Source: Paraspadella gotoi (taxonomy: Eukaryota > Animalia > Chaetognatha). Taken from it: DNA of 63,560 bases. Position numbers and translations under genes: made by a program. Of the stretch, positions 53,370 through 63,560 are shown one piece after another. Under the pieces are notes generated by a model, which did no database searches, was not told the origin of the DNA, and was given only the letters and a program-made list of their open reading frames with translations. Location: assembly GCA_051294375.1 (NCBI GenBank), contig CM119263.1, forward strand, positions 3,041,573-3,105,132, read 5' to 3'. Each line of letters begins with the position of its first letter. The first letter of the stretch is position 1.

Positions 53370-54675
53370 CTACGAGTGAGGAATTAAGAGGTATATTAAA
53401 TAACTAATGATATTCATCAAACATATGTATATTATCTATATCGCCTTTATAACATAATTAAATCAAAAACTAAATTTTCAAACGAGACAAAAGACAAACT
53501 TTGAAAACATCCAACGTCGATAAAATTACTACAATATGCAAATGAGTTTAAGAAACCATCGTTTACATACCCCGGACCAGTCGACGTAGGCGCAGACAAA
53601 TGAGGAGAGGGGCATGGCGAGGATGATCCCCGCGTAGGCGCCACTTGATCCGAGCGTGGTGAGGATGGCGCGTTCTTGTGGCGGCGCCCACCGGCCGAGA
53701 ATGCCGTGCATGGTCGGGAGAAGAATGCCCTGGAGATCAGGGAGGTCGAGGGAATGAGTGAAAGAATGGGTAAAGGAGTGGGTGAAGGAGTGGGTGAAAG
53801 GAGTGGGTGTAAGGAGTGGGTAAAGGAGTGGGTGAAAGGAGTTGGGTGAGAAGGAGTGGGTGAAGGAGTGGGTGAAGGAGTGGGTGAAGGAGTGGGTGAA
53901 GGAGTGGGTGAAGGAGTGGGTGAAGGAGTGGGTGAAGGAGTGGGTAAAGGAGTGGGTAAAGGAGTGGATGAAGGAGTGGGAAAAAATGTGTGTGTGGAGA
54001 GAATAGAGGGAGAAAAATGTTAAAAGAATATAAGATAAGAAATTCCGACCTTTCGATTTTTATGATATAAGAATTTTTAAATCTTTTTTTTTATCAGATC
54101 TCAATGTTACATAACGACAAAGGGTTGAGTCATGTCTGAATACAGGCTTATCTAATACAACATGAACTAATAAACATAATAACTTTATAGCCCACCCCCA
54201 AACCCACACTCACTTGACTAAGCCCCTTTAAAAATCGGACGGCCCAGAGCGCCCACACTCCGTATCCCGCGGCGACGGGGGTCAAGAGCGTCATGGCGGA
54301 GGTGAGGATGACCCCGACGGCGTAGACCCGTTTTCCGTTGAGTCGGTGACTCATGTATCCGCCAGGAATTTGGGTCACGATTGACCCGTAGAAGAAAGCC
54401 GCGAGCAGGGATCCCTGCACTCGAGAGTCCCAGGCGAACTTGGCGGAGTGCGGTCCTTGCACGACGGCGTCCGGCGAGGCGAAGGACGAATTGGCGTCGG
54501 GCGCGGCGCCGGCGGGGTCGTCATCGGCGGCGGCGTCCTCATTTTCGACGCCGCTCACCATAACGACGATGGCGATGGACAACGCCGCTCTTTGCGCGTA
54601 GACGATGACCGTGCCCCAGAAGAGGAGCAGAGAGATAGAAAGGCGAGAGGAGCAAAGGAGCGATGGACTCGACAT
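52362..54675 (-). CDS. SLC17: SLC17-family (sialin/SLC17A5-like) MFS anion transporter; join of 54214-54675, 53571-53729 and 52362-53369; 542 aa
   Basis: Family motifs [90 protein letters not shown]. Both introns are GT-AG, phase 0. Confidence 0.93.
53571..53729 (-). CDS. SLC17: SLC17-like exon 2 (53 codons)
   Basis: ctccag|GILLPTMH...VDWSG|GTATGT. Confidence 0.92.
53755..53980. repeat. 12-bp minisatellite (GAAGGAGTGGGT)n in SLC17 intron 1
   Basis: Seen directly. Confidence 0.92.
54214..54675 (-). CDS. SLC17: SLC17-like exon 1 (154 codons)
   Basis: ATG at 54675; ends RFLKGLSQ|GTGAGT. Confidence 0.9.
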
Positions 54676-54799
54676 ATTTTCTCTTCGGAGGCGGCGATGC
54701 TCTTTTTTTTTTTAATCGGCGTCGTCACCAGAGGCCGATACAGTTCCACCGCCGTCAGAGGGGGCGATCCCGAGAGAGATAGAGAGAAAAGATTTCGAG

Positions 54800-54930
54800 C
54801 TGATTGGAAAGAAAAAAAAAGAGATTCGGACCCCGAAACAAAATTGATTGGTTGATTGGTTGATTGGATTTTTTTAGAGAGAACGGACTCCAGACTAACG
54901 GTCGGGAGATAAGGAAAGAGAGATAAGGCG
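54800..54930 (-). promoter_or_regulatory. Putative SLC17 promoter with repeated CCAAT boxes
   Basis: ATTGG (CCAAT on the - strand) at about 54803, 54847, 54855 and 54863; AGATAAG near 54908 and 54922; 130-250 bp upstream of the ATG. Confidence 0.35.
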
Positions 54931-56108
54931 GAGAGAGACTTTGCTTGATTGGACTCTTTGCTTAATAATTGCTTGGCCTATAGGTTAAGGGAAAGATGTA
55001 GATTTATTTAATGTTAATAAAATGACGAAAGTTGTTTTAGAAATAAAAACAAATATTTTTTAACGATAGTTCTTGAATAAATATTATATTTAAAAAAATG
55101 TTTTCCGCGTTACCAATTTGAACATTAGGTTATATAAAATATATATGTATATATATATTCAAAAATAGTATATCATTTTTTTCACATATGTAGTTTTCGC
55201 TGTTTTTATATTATTTTGAAGCAAAATCGGAAAATAATAAAGTGGCAGAAGTTAAAAAGAGAACAATAACAAAATAGTCTGACTGATTTTTAAGGTCTCG
55301 AGATAAAGAAAGAATCTCCAAAGAAATTCGTTCCAAAATTAACAAAACTTAAAGAAAGAAAAAAATTAAAAAATAATGAAAAAAAAACGGTTTCATCGAA
55401 GTAAGTTATGTCACTTACGTGTTGGTTATATATGGTTTATAATTAATTTTTATCGTATTAAAAAAGAATTTTTTAAGTAATTTGTTAGTTGTAATTTAGC
55501 TTTTATCGAACGTGAAGAGAGGAGAAGATACAGAGGAAATAAAATTGAGTAAAAATTAAACGTTAAGTTAGTTTAATAAGTTTGATGAAATTAATTTCAA
55601 AATTCACCGAACATGAGCTTAAAAAACCCGACTGCGAGCCGAGAAAATAAGAGAATCGAGACCAAGGCATAAAACGAAACGAATTCAGTTGACGCTAAAA
55701 CGATGAAAGATTTTTAAGCGCGGATGTCAGATCGACAAAATCACAAAGAGAAAAAAAAAATTCTTGTCTGAAGAATAAAAAAAAAGAGAAACGAATCACA
55801 AAGACATTCATAAAGAAAAAGCCGAGTTGTACGAAGCGTGAAACTGGACGACGACGACGACGACGACGACGACAATGCCGGACCCAAAAACTCCTGAGCC
55901 GATGAGAGGGTCGGGTCAGCCGATGGTCGAAAGGCCACGAGGCCGCGTGGATCGAATAAACAAAAAAAAAAGGATGAAAAGAGAACCGAACCGAACTGGA
56001 CAGCGGACCAAACAGTTTCGAAGCCGAATCCTAATTTCGGAAAAAGAGAAAAGGATCTAGAAAATTGAAAAGGAGAGGAGATGTTATTTTTGTTGTTTTT
56101 GGCTTGGA

Positions 56109-56146
<38 letters not shown>

Positions 56147-56666
56147 GTCATCGACGACCCCAGGGTTCATATCTTCTTTGAAAATTGAGACGTGACAAAT
56201 ATTTTGAGAAATATAATTGAGCCAATTGACCGCATCGAATTAGCGGAAGACTGTGAGTCAATTACTCGCGTCTTTAGACATCAGAAACATTCGATACGCT
56301 ATATAAATAGGGAAAAAATAGTAAAGAGTTAATTAATTTTTACAAAAATATAAATAAATAAAAAACCTCCAATTCCTCATCATGAGTTATAATCTTTACA
56401 TATAAAAAGGAAAGCTCCGTAGTCAGTCGGTCTCTCAAGCATATGGTCTGGGAGTCGGTCAGTTAATGTCAGTCAGTCAGTTAGTCCATCAATCAGTCAG
56501 TCGGTGTGTCAGTCAATTAGTCATTCAGTCAGTCAATCAATAATCACTCGGTCAATCTAACGGTGAGACATAAGTTCATACTGTAATAAATTTGAATTGA
56601 ATTCTCATTTTAAAATCCATTATTAATTTCCTGTAATGAACCTGAGCCCATTTTCCTTTTATTCAG

Positions 56667-56762
56667 GATTCTCCTTATTCGTTTTTGCTCCGGTCTTTCA
56701 TCACATTGGCGACGCTCTCACTTCTTCTCGTCATCCTCATCTACTACAAACTGGAAATTGAG
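56667..56762 (+). CDS. SK: SK/KCNN channel, 96-nt exon encoding S2 (absent from the ORF track)
   Basis: ttttattcag|GAT...GAG|GTGAGA. DSPYSFLLRSFITLATLSLLLVILIYYKLEIE aligns without gaps to SK [32 protein letters not shown]. Phase 0/0, continuing the 25950-26069 exon. Confidence 0.88.
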
Positions 56763-56772
56763 GTGAGACAAT

Positions 56773-56813
56773 AATCATTATCATTATCATCATCATCGTC
56801 ATCATCATCATCG

Positions 56814-56871
<58 letters not shown>

Positions 56872-56913
56872 TATATTCGACATCTTCATCGTCATCATAT
56901 TCGTCATCATCAT
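56773..56913. repeat. (CAT)n microsatellite just after the SK S2 exon
   Basis: Seen directly. Confidence 0.95.
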
Positions 56914-58359
56914 CTCTCAAGCTTCCCCGCTCCGCCGCCAGGATCGCCTCACGTCCGATGTCGATTCTCCCGATGAAAAGAATCGCGTTTGAAACAAAAT
57001 GCTAACGTCGATCGAGCGATAAATTTTAATGAAGGAGAGAAATCGGAATCGTAACGGTCGTTTTTTCGCTCGGTCAGTCTGTCTATCTCTTTTTAAGTCG
57101 GTCGGTCAGTCCGTAAGTCGATCGATAAGTCTCAATCACTAGGACAATTCAGACGTATTTCTATTCAAGGTTAAGAGATTAGATTATGAAATCTATTAGG
57201 ATTAGGAATTTTAGATTAGGGTTTAAGATTAAGAGGTAAGGTTTTTGAATCAGTATTATGGATTAAGAATTAGGTTGTTAAGGATTATGATTTTTCAAAA
57301 AAAGGAAATAGGTGTGCTTTCGAAAGATAGTGCCGGTCCGACAGTAAATCGGTCGGTCGGTCCTCGAAAGGGCATCGCACCTTTTCTCTTCCTCGCAATT
57401 CTCCGAGTTCTTTCTATAACCGACGAACTTAAAAATCGAGTGACGTATTCTCTCGAGTTTAAAAAAAAATCGAGTGACGATATTTTTCGATTTCTTTTTT
57501 CGAGTCTCAGGACAAAACGAGTCAAAGTCTCCGAGGACAAAGTCTTTCGCGGTTACGCAAATCGAAGGGACAAGGACAAGACAAAAAAAGAGTGCCGGAG
57601 GATCGATTGATTGAGAGGGAGGGGGGGCGGAGGGGGGCGGAGTGGGGGGCAAGAGGACAAGACAGGATGGATCAGGGATACAAAAATAGAATTTGATTCG
57701 TGGATTAAATCGGCTACGAATCGTGATAAAATATAATTTTATTGTGAAAGAGATAAAAAAAACGTTCAAGATCGGATATAAATTGAATTTGAATTATCGT
57801 AAAAAAAAAAGGCATTTATCATTTAATTGGTTATAAAAAAAGAATTTGATTCGTCATGAATTCAGGGAAGAATCGAAGATAATACAGAAAGTTGAGTTGT
57901 AAAATAACAGAATAAAAACAAACATCGGATGGAATAGATGGAATAGAATTTGATTGGTGATAAAAACTCCGTCGGATCGGTGATAAGATTAGTGATAAAA
58001 TTGATGACGATAACTTGAGAAAAGTTGAGACGAGTAGAGAAGATCATCTTTCCTTGTCTTAATGAAGTAAATGAACAGTCTCTCTCTCCCTTCTCCTCAT
58101 TCCTCCTCTCTTCTCTCTCCTCTCTCTCTCTCCTCTCTCTCTCTCTCTTCTCCTCTTCTCTCTCTCTCTCTCTCTCTCTTCTCATATTATTACTCTCATT
58201 CCTTACTTTTCCACCAAACCACGTCCTTCTACGATTTACATCTACTTTCATTAATAAGATCATGATAAAACTTTTACGAACGTCTTTCATTCATCTCTGC
58301 CGCGGCAGCTGCTTCCGCCGCCTCCGCCGGCCGCTGCAGCTGCCGCGTCCCCTTTCTCT

Positions 58360-58620
58360 TCACTTGCCCGACTCCCCCGCCCCAACCACGGCCACCGCCT
58401 CGCGTCTCCCCGCATTGACGGGCTGCGGGCGCCGCTGCTGCTTCCGCCGCCCAGCCGCCGACGGGGCCCGCGGGTGCGGCACCCCGGCCACGCCCGGCAC
58501 GTACTTGAGCAACATGTCCTCTAGGCGTTCACGGGTCTTTGTGGGCGTGGCGTCGCGTTCCATCTGCTCGAAGAATCGCGTTCGAAAGTTGCCGTTGAAG
58601 TTGGAGCGACGCTCATTTAC
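58360..58620 (-). CDS. Terminal coding exon of an unidentified gene (VNERRSNFNGNFRTRFFEQMERD...GESGK*)
   Basis: Pyrimidine tract and caaag| acceptor, GC3-rich codons, phase 0 matching the 59736-59859 exon. A frameshifted copy lies at about 61120-61420. Confidence 0.6.
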   Translation of the reverse strand, partial: VNERRSNFNGNFRTRFFEQMERDATPTKTRERLEDMLLKYVPGVAGVPHPRAPSAAGRRKQQRRPQPVNAGRREAVAVVGAGESGK

Positions 58621-58669
58621 CTTTGAGGAGTGAGAGGGGGGGAAGGAGACAGAGTCAGTTGTCACGGTT

Positions 58670-58940
58670 TTTGTTCATTCCTTAGTTTAGAAAATGTTTA
58701 AAATTTTAGTTCATTCTTTAGTTTAGCAAATGTTTTTAATTTTTGTTCATTCTTTAGTTTAGTAAATGTTTTCAATTTTAGTTCATTCTTTAGTTTAGAA
58801 AATGTTTTCAATTTTAGTTCATTCTTTAGTTTAGAAAATGTTTTCAATTTTAGTTTATTCCTTAGTTTATCAAATGTTTTCAATTTTAGTTCATTCATTA
58901 GTTAAGCAAATGTTTTCAATTTTAGTTCATTCTTTAGCAA
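58670..58940. repeat. 36-bp minisatellite (ttttagttcattctttagtttagaaaatgttttcaa), about 7 copies, intronic
   Basis: 12-aa periodicity in the ORF track (NELKLKTFSKLK). Confidence 0.9.
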
Positions 58941-59625
58941 ATTTTTTCAACACGACTTTGGCAATTTCGCCTCAACGCATCCTCCTCCTTTTTATTCGTT
59001 TCTCATTGGTTCTCCGAAATAGATTGATTTACACGCCGGAGCCTTTTTCCGTAACGAATTTTACTCTATTATCTAAATTATTTAATATTATGTGCACAGA
59101 TCGAAAGACAGTCTGACAGTCATAAAAACTTTTTAAAAAAATCTAAAAAAAAAACTGGAGACTCAAAACGATTATTTTCCATCGTGCGACGTTAACCTCG
59201 AAGTCTGAGGGGGGAAGGGCGAATGGGGGGGGGGCGAGAGGAATAACGATGGGGGGAGATTAGAGAGGTGGAACAAAGGTATGAAATAAGAGGTAAAAAA
59301 TTGGGACGGGATGATAGAGGCTTAAAGGAAGGAGAGATAGAATTAGAAGTAGTAGAAATAATGAAGAATAAAAATTTAAAAAAATTAAAATTGAAACATA
59401 AAAAAATTAAAAAGAAAAAGGAGGGGAAAAAGAATGAGTCAGTTGAAGTACAAAGATAATAATAAGGAAAAGAAAAAAAAGATTAGATATGCAAATGCAT
59501 AAAAAACTAGCTTAGCTTAAGTGTGCAAACGACGATACTGCGAAGTTAACGGGAGAAATTAAAATGAAATTAAATTTTAACGTCACCAACGTAGAGAGAA
59601 ATAAAATGAACAAAGGATGGAAATA

Positions 59626-59734
<109 letters not shown>

Positions 59735-59735
59735 C

Positions 59736-59859
59736 CTTGTATACGTATCGGCTCCGCACGACTTCCGCCCGCCGGCGAATTTCCGGCAAATGATCGAAGT
59801 TCATCTTAGATTTGGGGAATTCTTCAAACGGCGATAAATCGAGGGCGTAAGGCAGCGGC
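59736..59859 (-). CDS. Internal exon of the same unidentified gene (PLPYALDLSPFEEFPKSKMNFDHLPEIRRRAEVVRSRYVYK)
   Basis: tttttcacag| acceptor, AAG|GTGGAG donor, 124 nt, phase 2 to 0. Confidence 0.6.
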
Positions 59860-60128
59860 CTGTGAAAAAGGTAACTGATCTCAAATGGCAATGGGTAATT
59901 TTAAGTTCTGGTAGAGGGATTGTGGGTGGCTTGTGGAGAACGTGGTTGGAAGAACGGAAGAACCAAACGATCCGCGAACCATTTGCGAAAATCTTGGGGA
60001 TTATCCATCTCCTCCTCTCTGTCTCTCTTTCTTTCATCTCTCTCTCTGCTCTCTCTTCTCTCTTCATCATCTTCCTCTCTCAATTTACTGCCTTGTCAAT
60101 CCCGGCGGTTTCGCCTCTCCCTGCTTAC

Positions 60129-60189
60129 CCCGATTCCGCTTGGATATTTCCTTTTCGCCTTTTCCTTGATCTGGATCACGATTTCCTCT
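60129..60189 (-). CDS. Candidate exon of the same gene (EEIVIQIKEKAKRKYPSGIG)
   Basis: gaccag| acceptor, GGG|GTAAGC donor, 61 nt. Confidence 0.4.
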
Positions 60190-60551
60190 CTGGTCGATAA
60201 ACTCTCCTCTCTCTCTCTATCTCTCTATCTCTCATTTTCATCTCACTCATCTCTCTCTCTCTCTTCATCTCTCTCTCTTCTCTCTCTCTCTCTCTCTCCC
60301 CTTTGCGCCTTCAGCTACGAAGAACGCCGGAAATGAAAGATCAAAGCCTCTGACGCCGTCGCCATCTTAATTTATGGAAATCCTGAGAGAGAGAGAGAGA
60401 AGAGAGAGAGAAGAGAGAGAGAGAGAGACGAGAGAGAGAGAGAGAGAGAGAGACGAAGAGATTGAGCAGAAGCATTTCGTTTACTTTGTTCTCATAATCA
60501 TCGTCTATTTTTTCATTCTGGCTTCANNNNNNNNNNNNNNNNNNNNNNNNN

Positions 60552-61658
60552 ATGAATTTCATGGGAAGAATCACAGATAATAGCCAAGAAGTTGAGTTGT
60601 CTAAAAAGACAGAATAAAAACAAACATCGGATGGAATAGATGGAATAGAATTTGTGATGGTGGATAATAAAACTGCCTAGGAGTGCGGTGATAAGATTAG
60701 TGATAAAATATGATGACGATAACTTGAGAAAGTTGAGACCGAGTAGAGCACAGATCATTCCTTCCTTGTCCTGTAATTATGAACGTAATGGAACACGTCT
60801 CTCTCTCTCTCTCTCGTCTCTCTCTCGTTTCTACTATCTCCTCCTATTGCTTGTCGTCTTGCTCTCATTTCTCTCTCGTCTCTCTCTTGCTCTCTCGTCT
60901 CTCTCTCTCTCTGCTTCATATTATTACTTTGCTCATTCCTTACTTTTGCCACACAAAACCACGTCCTTCTATAACGATATTAGCAATCTACTCCTTCATT
61001 AATAAAGATCATGATAAAACTTTTACGAACGTCTGTTGCTCAATTCGTCTCTGGCGCGGCAGCTGCTGTCCGCCCGCTCCGTGCCGGCCGCCTGCAGCTG
61101 CCGCGTCCCCTTTCTCTCTACACTTGCAGCCGACTCACCCCGCTCGCCCCAACCACGGACCACCGGCCTCGGCGTCCTCCCCAGCATCTGACGGGCCGGC
61201 GGGCGCCGCTGGGCTGCTTGCCGCGCCAGCCGGCCGCGAGGGGCCGCGGTATCGGGCGGGCAACAGCCCGGCACGCCGTGCACGTACTGAGCGCAACAGT
61301 GTCCTCTAGCGGGTTCACCGGGTCTTTTGTGGGCGTGGCGCGTCGGCGTTCCACTCTGCTCGAAGAATCCGCTTCGGAAAGTTGTTGCCGGTTGAAGTTG
61401 GAGCGACGCTCATTTACGCTTTTTGAGAGTGAGAGGGGGGGAGGAGACACGAGTTCACGTTGTCACGGTTTCTTGTTCATCTCCTTAGTTTTACGAAGAA
61501 ATGTATTAAAATTGATTTATAGTGCATCTCTTTGTTTAGCATATGTTTTATATTTTTTGTTCATGTCTTTAGTTTGGTAAATGTTTCTCAATTCTTAGTT
61601 TCATTCTTTAGCTTTAGAAAATGTTTTCAATTTTAGCTTCAATAGCCTACTCTCTCTC

Positions 61659-61689
<31 letters not shown>

Positions 61690-61887
61690 TCTTCACCTCT
61701 CTCTTCTCTCTTCTCTCATCTCATCTTCTCTAATTCTACTGCCTTGTCAACCCGGCGTTTCGCTTCCCCTGCTCTACCCCGATTCCGCTGTGGATTTTCC
61801 TTTTCGCCCTTTTCCTTGATCTGGGATCACGATTTCCCTTCTGGTCGATAAACTCTCCTCTCTCTCTCTATCTCTCTTCTCTCTTCA

Positions 61888-61942
<55 letters not shown>

Positions 61943-62031
61943 CCTTTGCGCCTTCAGCTACGAAGACGCGGAAAATGAAAGATCAAAGCTCTGACGCGTC
62001 GCCATCTTAATTTTATGAAATCCTGAGAGAG

Positions 62032-62091
<60 letters not shown>

Positions 62092-62147
62092 AGATGAGAG
62101 AGTTCGTTTACTTTGTTCCTCATATACTCGTCATTTTATTCTGGCTT
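60552..62147 (+). repeat. Noisy partial copy of 57856-60526 (lacking about 58935-60010) after a 25-N gap
   Basis: atgaatttcatgggaagaatc matches atgaattcagggaagaatc at 57856; colinear with many insertions. Confidence 0.85.
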
Positions 62148-62648
62148 GAATAAAACAACTCCTGAGCTTTCACATCACTCTCTCTCTTTCTTCTCTCTCT
62201 CTACTTCTCTTCTCTCTCTTCTCTCCGTGCCTTTCTCTCCTCTTCTCCTCTCCTCGCTCTTCTCTCTTCTCTCTCCTCTCTCTCTCTCTCTCTCTTCCTC
62301 CCTTCCTGAGAGATGCGAGAGAGAGAGGTAGTGAATGCCACGAGTGAGTGTACGAGAATTATGAACGGAATATTAGATATGCGTCTAAAAATAGAATAAG
62401 AGGAGCGGACAAAGAGAAGGGTTAATGAAGGCCGTAAAAAGCGATCGAAAAGGGAACCAGTGAGAAAAAGAGAAGGAAAAAAAGGGAAAAAAATGAGAGG
62501 AAAAAGAAGGAGAATAAAAAAAAGGAAAGTGGACCTGTGAGAAAAAGCGAAGAAAAAAAGGAGAAAAAAAAAATAAAAGAAAAGCTTAGAAAACGAAAAA
62601 AGAAAAAGTAAGGACTTCCGGTCAGCCTCCGCCTTACCATTTCCTTAC

Positions 62649-62726
62649 CTCAGCTCGGCGGAGGTGGGTCCGCTCCACGGCGGCCGCGAAATTCCTTTCC
62701 TCGCCTTCAACAGTTGCTCCGAAAAT
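62649..62726 (-). CDS. Candidate 78-nt exon of the same gene (FSEQLLKARKGISRPPWSGPTSAEL or IFGATVEGEERNFAAAVERTHLRRAE)
   Basis: Very long pyrimidine tract then cctcgcag|; donor GAG|GTAAGG; two frames open. Confidence 0.5.
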
Positions 62727-62739
62727 CTGCGAGGAGGAA

Positions 62740-63440
62740 ATGAGAAAAAAAATAAGAAAAGGAAATAAGGAAAGGAATGAGGGGGGGGAAAGAATTGAAT
62801 GAAGAGAGAAAAAAGAAGAAAAAATATAAAAAGAAAATGAAAGGAAAAAAAAGAGAAAGAAAAAGAAAATGGAAATTGAGGGGGAAAATAAAAGAAAATA
62901 AAGGGAAAGTAAATGATGATGAAAAAAAGAAGAAAAAAAATGAAAAGAAAGAAAAGAATGATGAAAAAAATAAGAATAAAGATGAAGAGAAAAAAAAGAA
63001 GGAAAAAAAAATAAGGAAAGAAAAAAATGAAGAGAAAGAAAAGAATGATGAAAAAAAGAAGAAAAAAAAATGAAGAGAAAGAAAAGAATGAAAAAAAGGA
63101 AAGAAAAAAATGAAAAGAAAGAAAAGAATGATGAAAAAAAGAAGAAAAAAAATGAAGAGAAAAAAAAGAAGGAAAAAAAAAGAAGGAAAGAAAAAAATGA
63201 AAAGAAAGAAAATAATGATCAAAAAAAGAAGAAAAAAATGAAGAGAAAGAAAAAAATGAAAAAAAATGAAAGAAAAAAATGAAGAGAAAGAAAAGAATGA
63301 TTAAAAAAAGAAGAAAAAAATGAAGAGAAAGAAAAGAATGAAAAAAAAGGAAAGAAAAAAAATGAAGAGAAAGAAAAGAATCATGAAAAAAAGAGAAAAG
63401 AAAAAAAGAAAAGAAAGAAATGATTAAAGGAGAAAACAAA
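62740..63440. repeat. A/G-rich degenerate tandem repeat (aaaatgaagagaaagaaaagaatgatg...)
   Basis: Seen directly. Confidence 0.85.
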
Positions 63441-63560
63441 TGAAATTAAAAAAAAAAACAAATTCGCGAGAGACTGAGATCTTCTTCCCAAACAATCACT
63501 CCTCTCTCTCCCTCGTTTCTCTCTCCCTCGTTTCTCTCTCCCTCCTCTCTCTCTCCCTCC

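Noticed and set aside
57170-57290. Interstitial telomere
   Set aside because: Very few exact TTAGGG units; short and flanked by TIR-like sequence.
58360-58395. VAVVGAGESGK as a P-loop (G-alpha-like) or Rossmann motif
   Set aside because: Followed immediately by a stop, with no S/T after GK and no downstream domain. Probably chance, unless splicing at AA|GTGAAG continues the frame.
61023-61450. Pseudogene copy of the 58360-58620 exon
   Set aside because: Insertion-rich duplicate beside a 25-N gap; more likely raw long-read sequence.
62645-63439. 264-aa Phe-rich membrane-like ORF, and similar LSLS/ERER/FFFL ORFs throughout
   Set aside because: Low-complexity repeat translations; only the last 78 nt looks exonic.

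Overview
Animal genomic DNA (not prokaryotic): AT-rich, intron-rich and full of microsatellites, from a gap-filled draft assembly. Most ORFs in the track are translations of (GA)n, (CT)n or (GAC)n repeats. On the + strand are exons of a small-conductance Ca2+-activated K+ channel (SK/KCNN): an S1 exon at 25950-26069 and a 96-nt S2 exon at 56667-56762, about 30.6 kb apart, plus candidate upstream exons at 18-21 kb. A complete 3-exon, 542-aa SLC17 (sialin-like) transporter gene lies antisense inside that intron. The 3' part of a second, unidentified antisense gene lies at 58.4-62.7 kb, and possibly a third at 40-50 kb. Mobile DNA includes a 2.3-kb non-autonomous hAT element with a perfect 8-bp TSD inserted into a tRNA-derived SINE head, minimal hammerhead-ribozyme motifs of the Penelope-like type, and a small foldback element with a telomere-like core. 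Every large direct or inverted duplication abuts an exactly 25-N gap, so these are probably assembly artefacts. I found no convincing wholly new multi-gene system. The best leads are the SK host with nested antisense genes, the unidentified nested proteins, the altered TM4 residues of the SLC17, and the ribozyme motifs.
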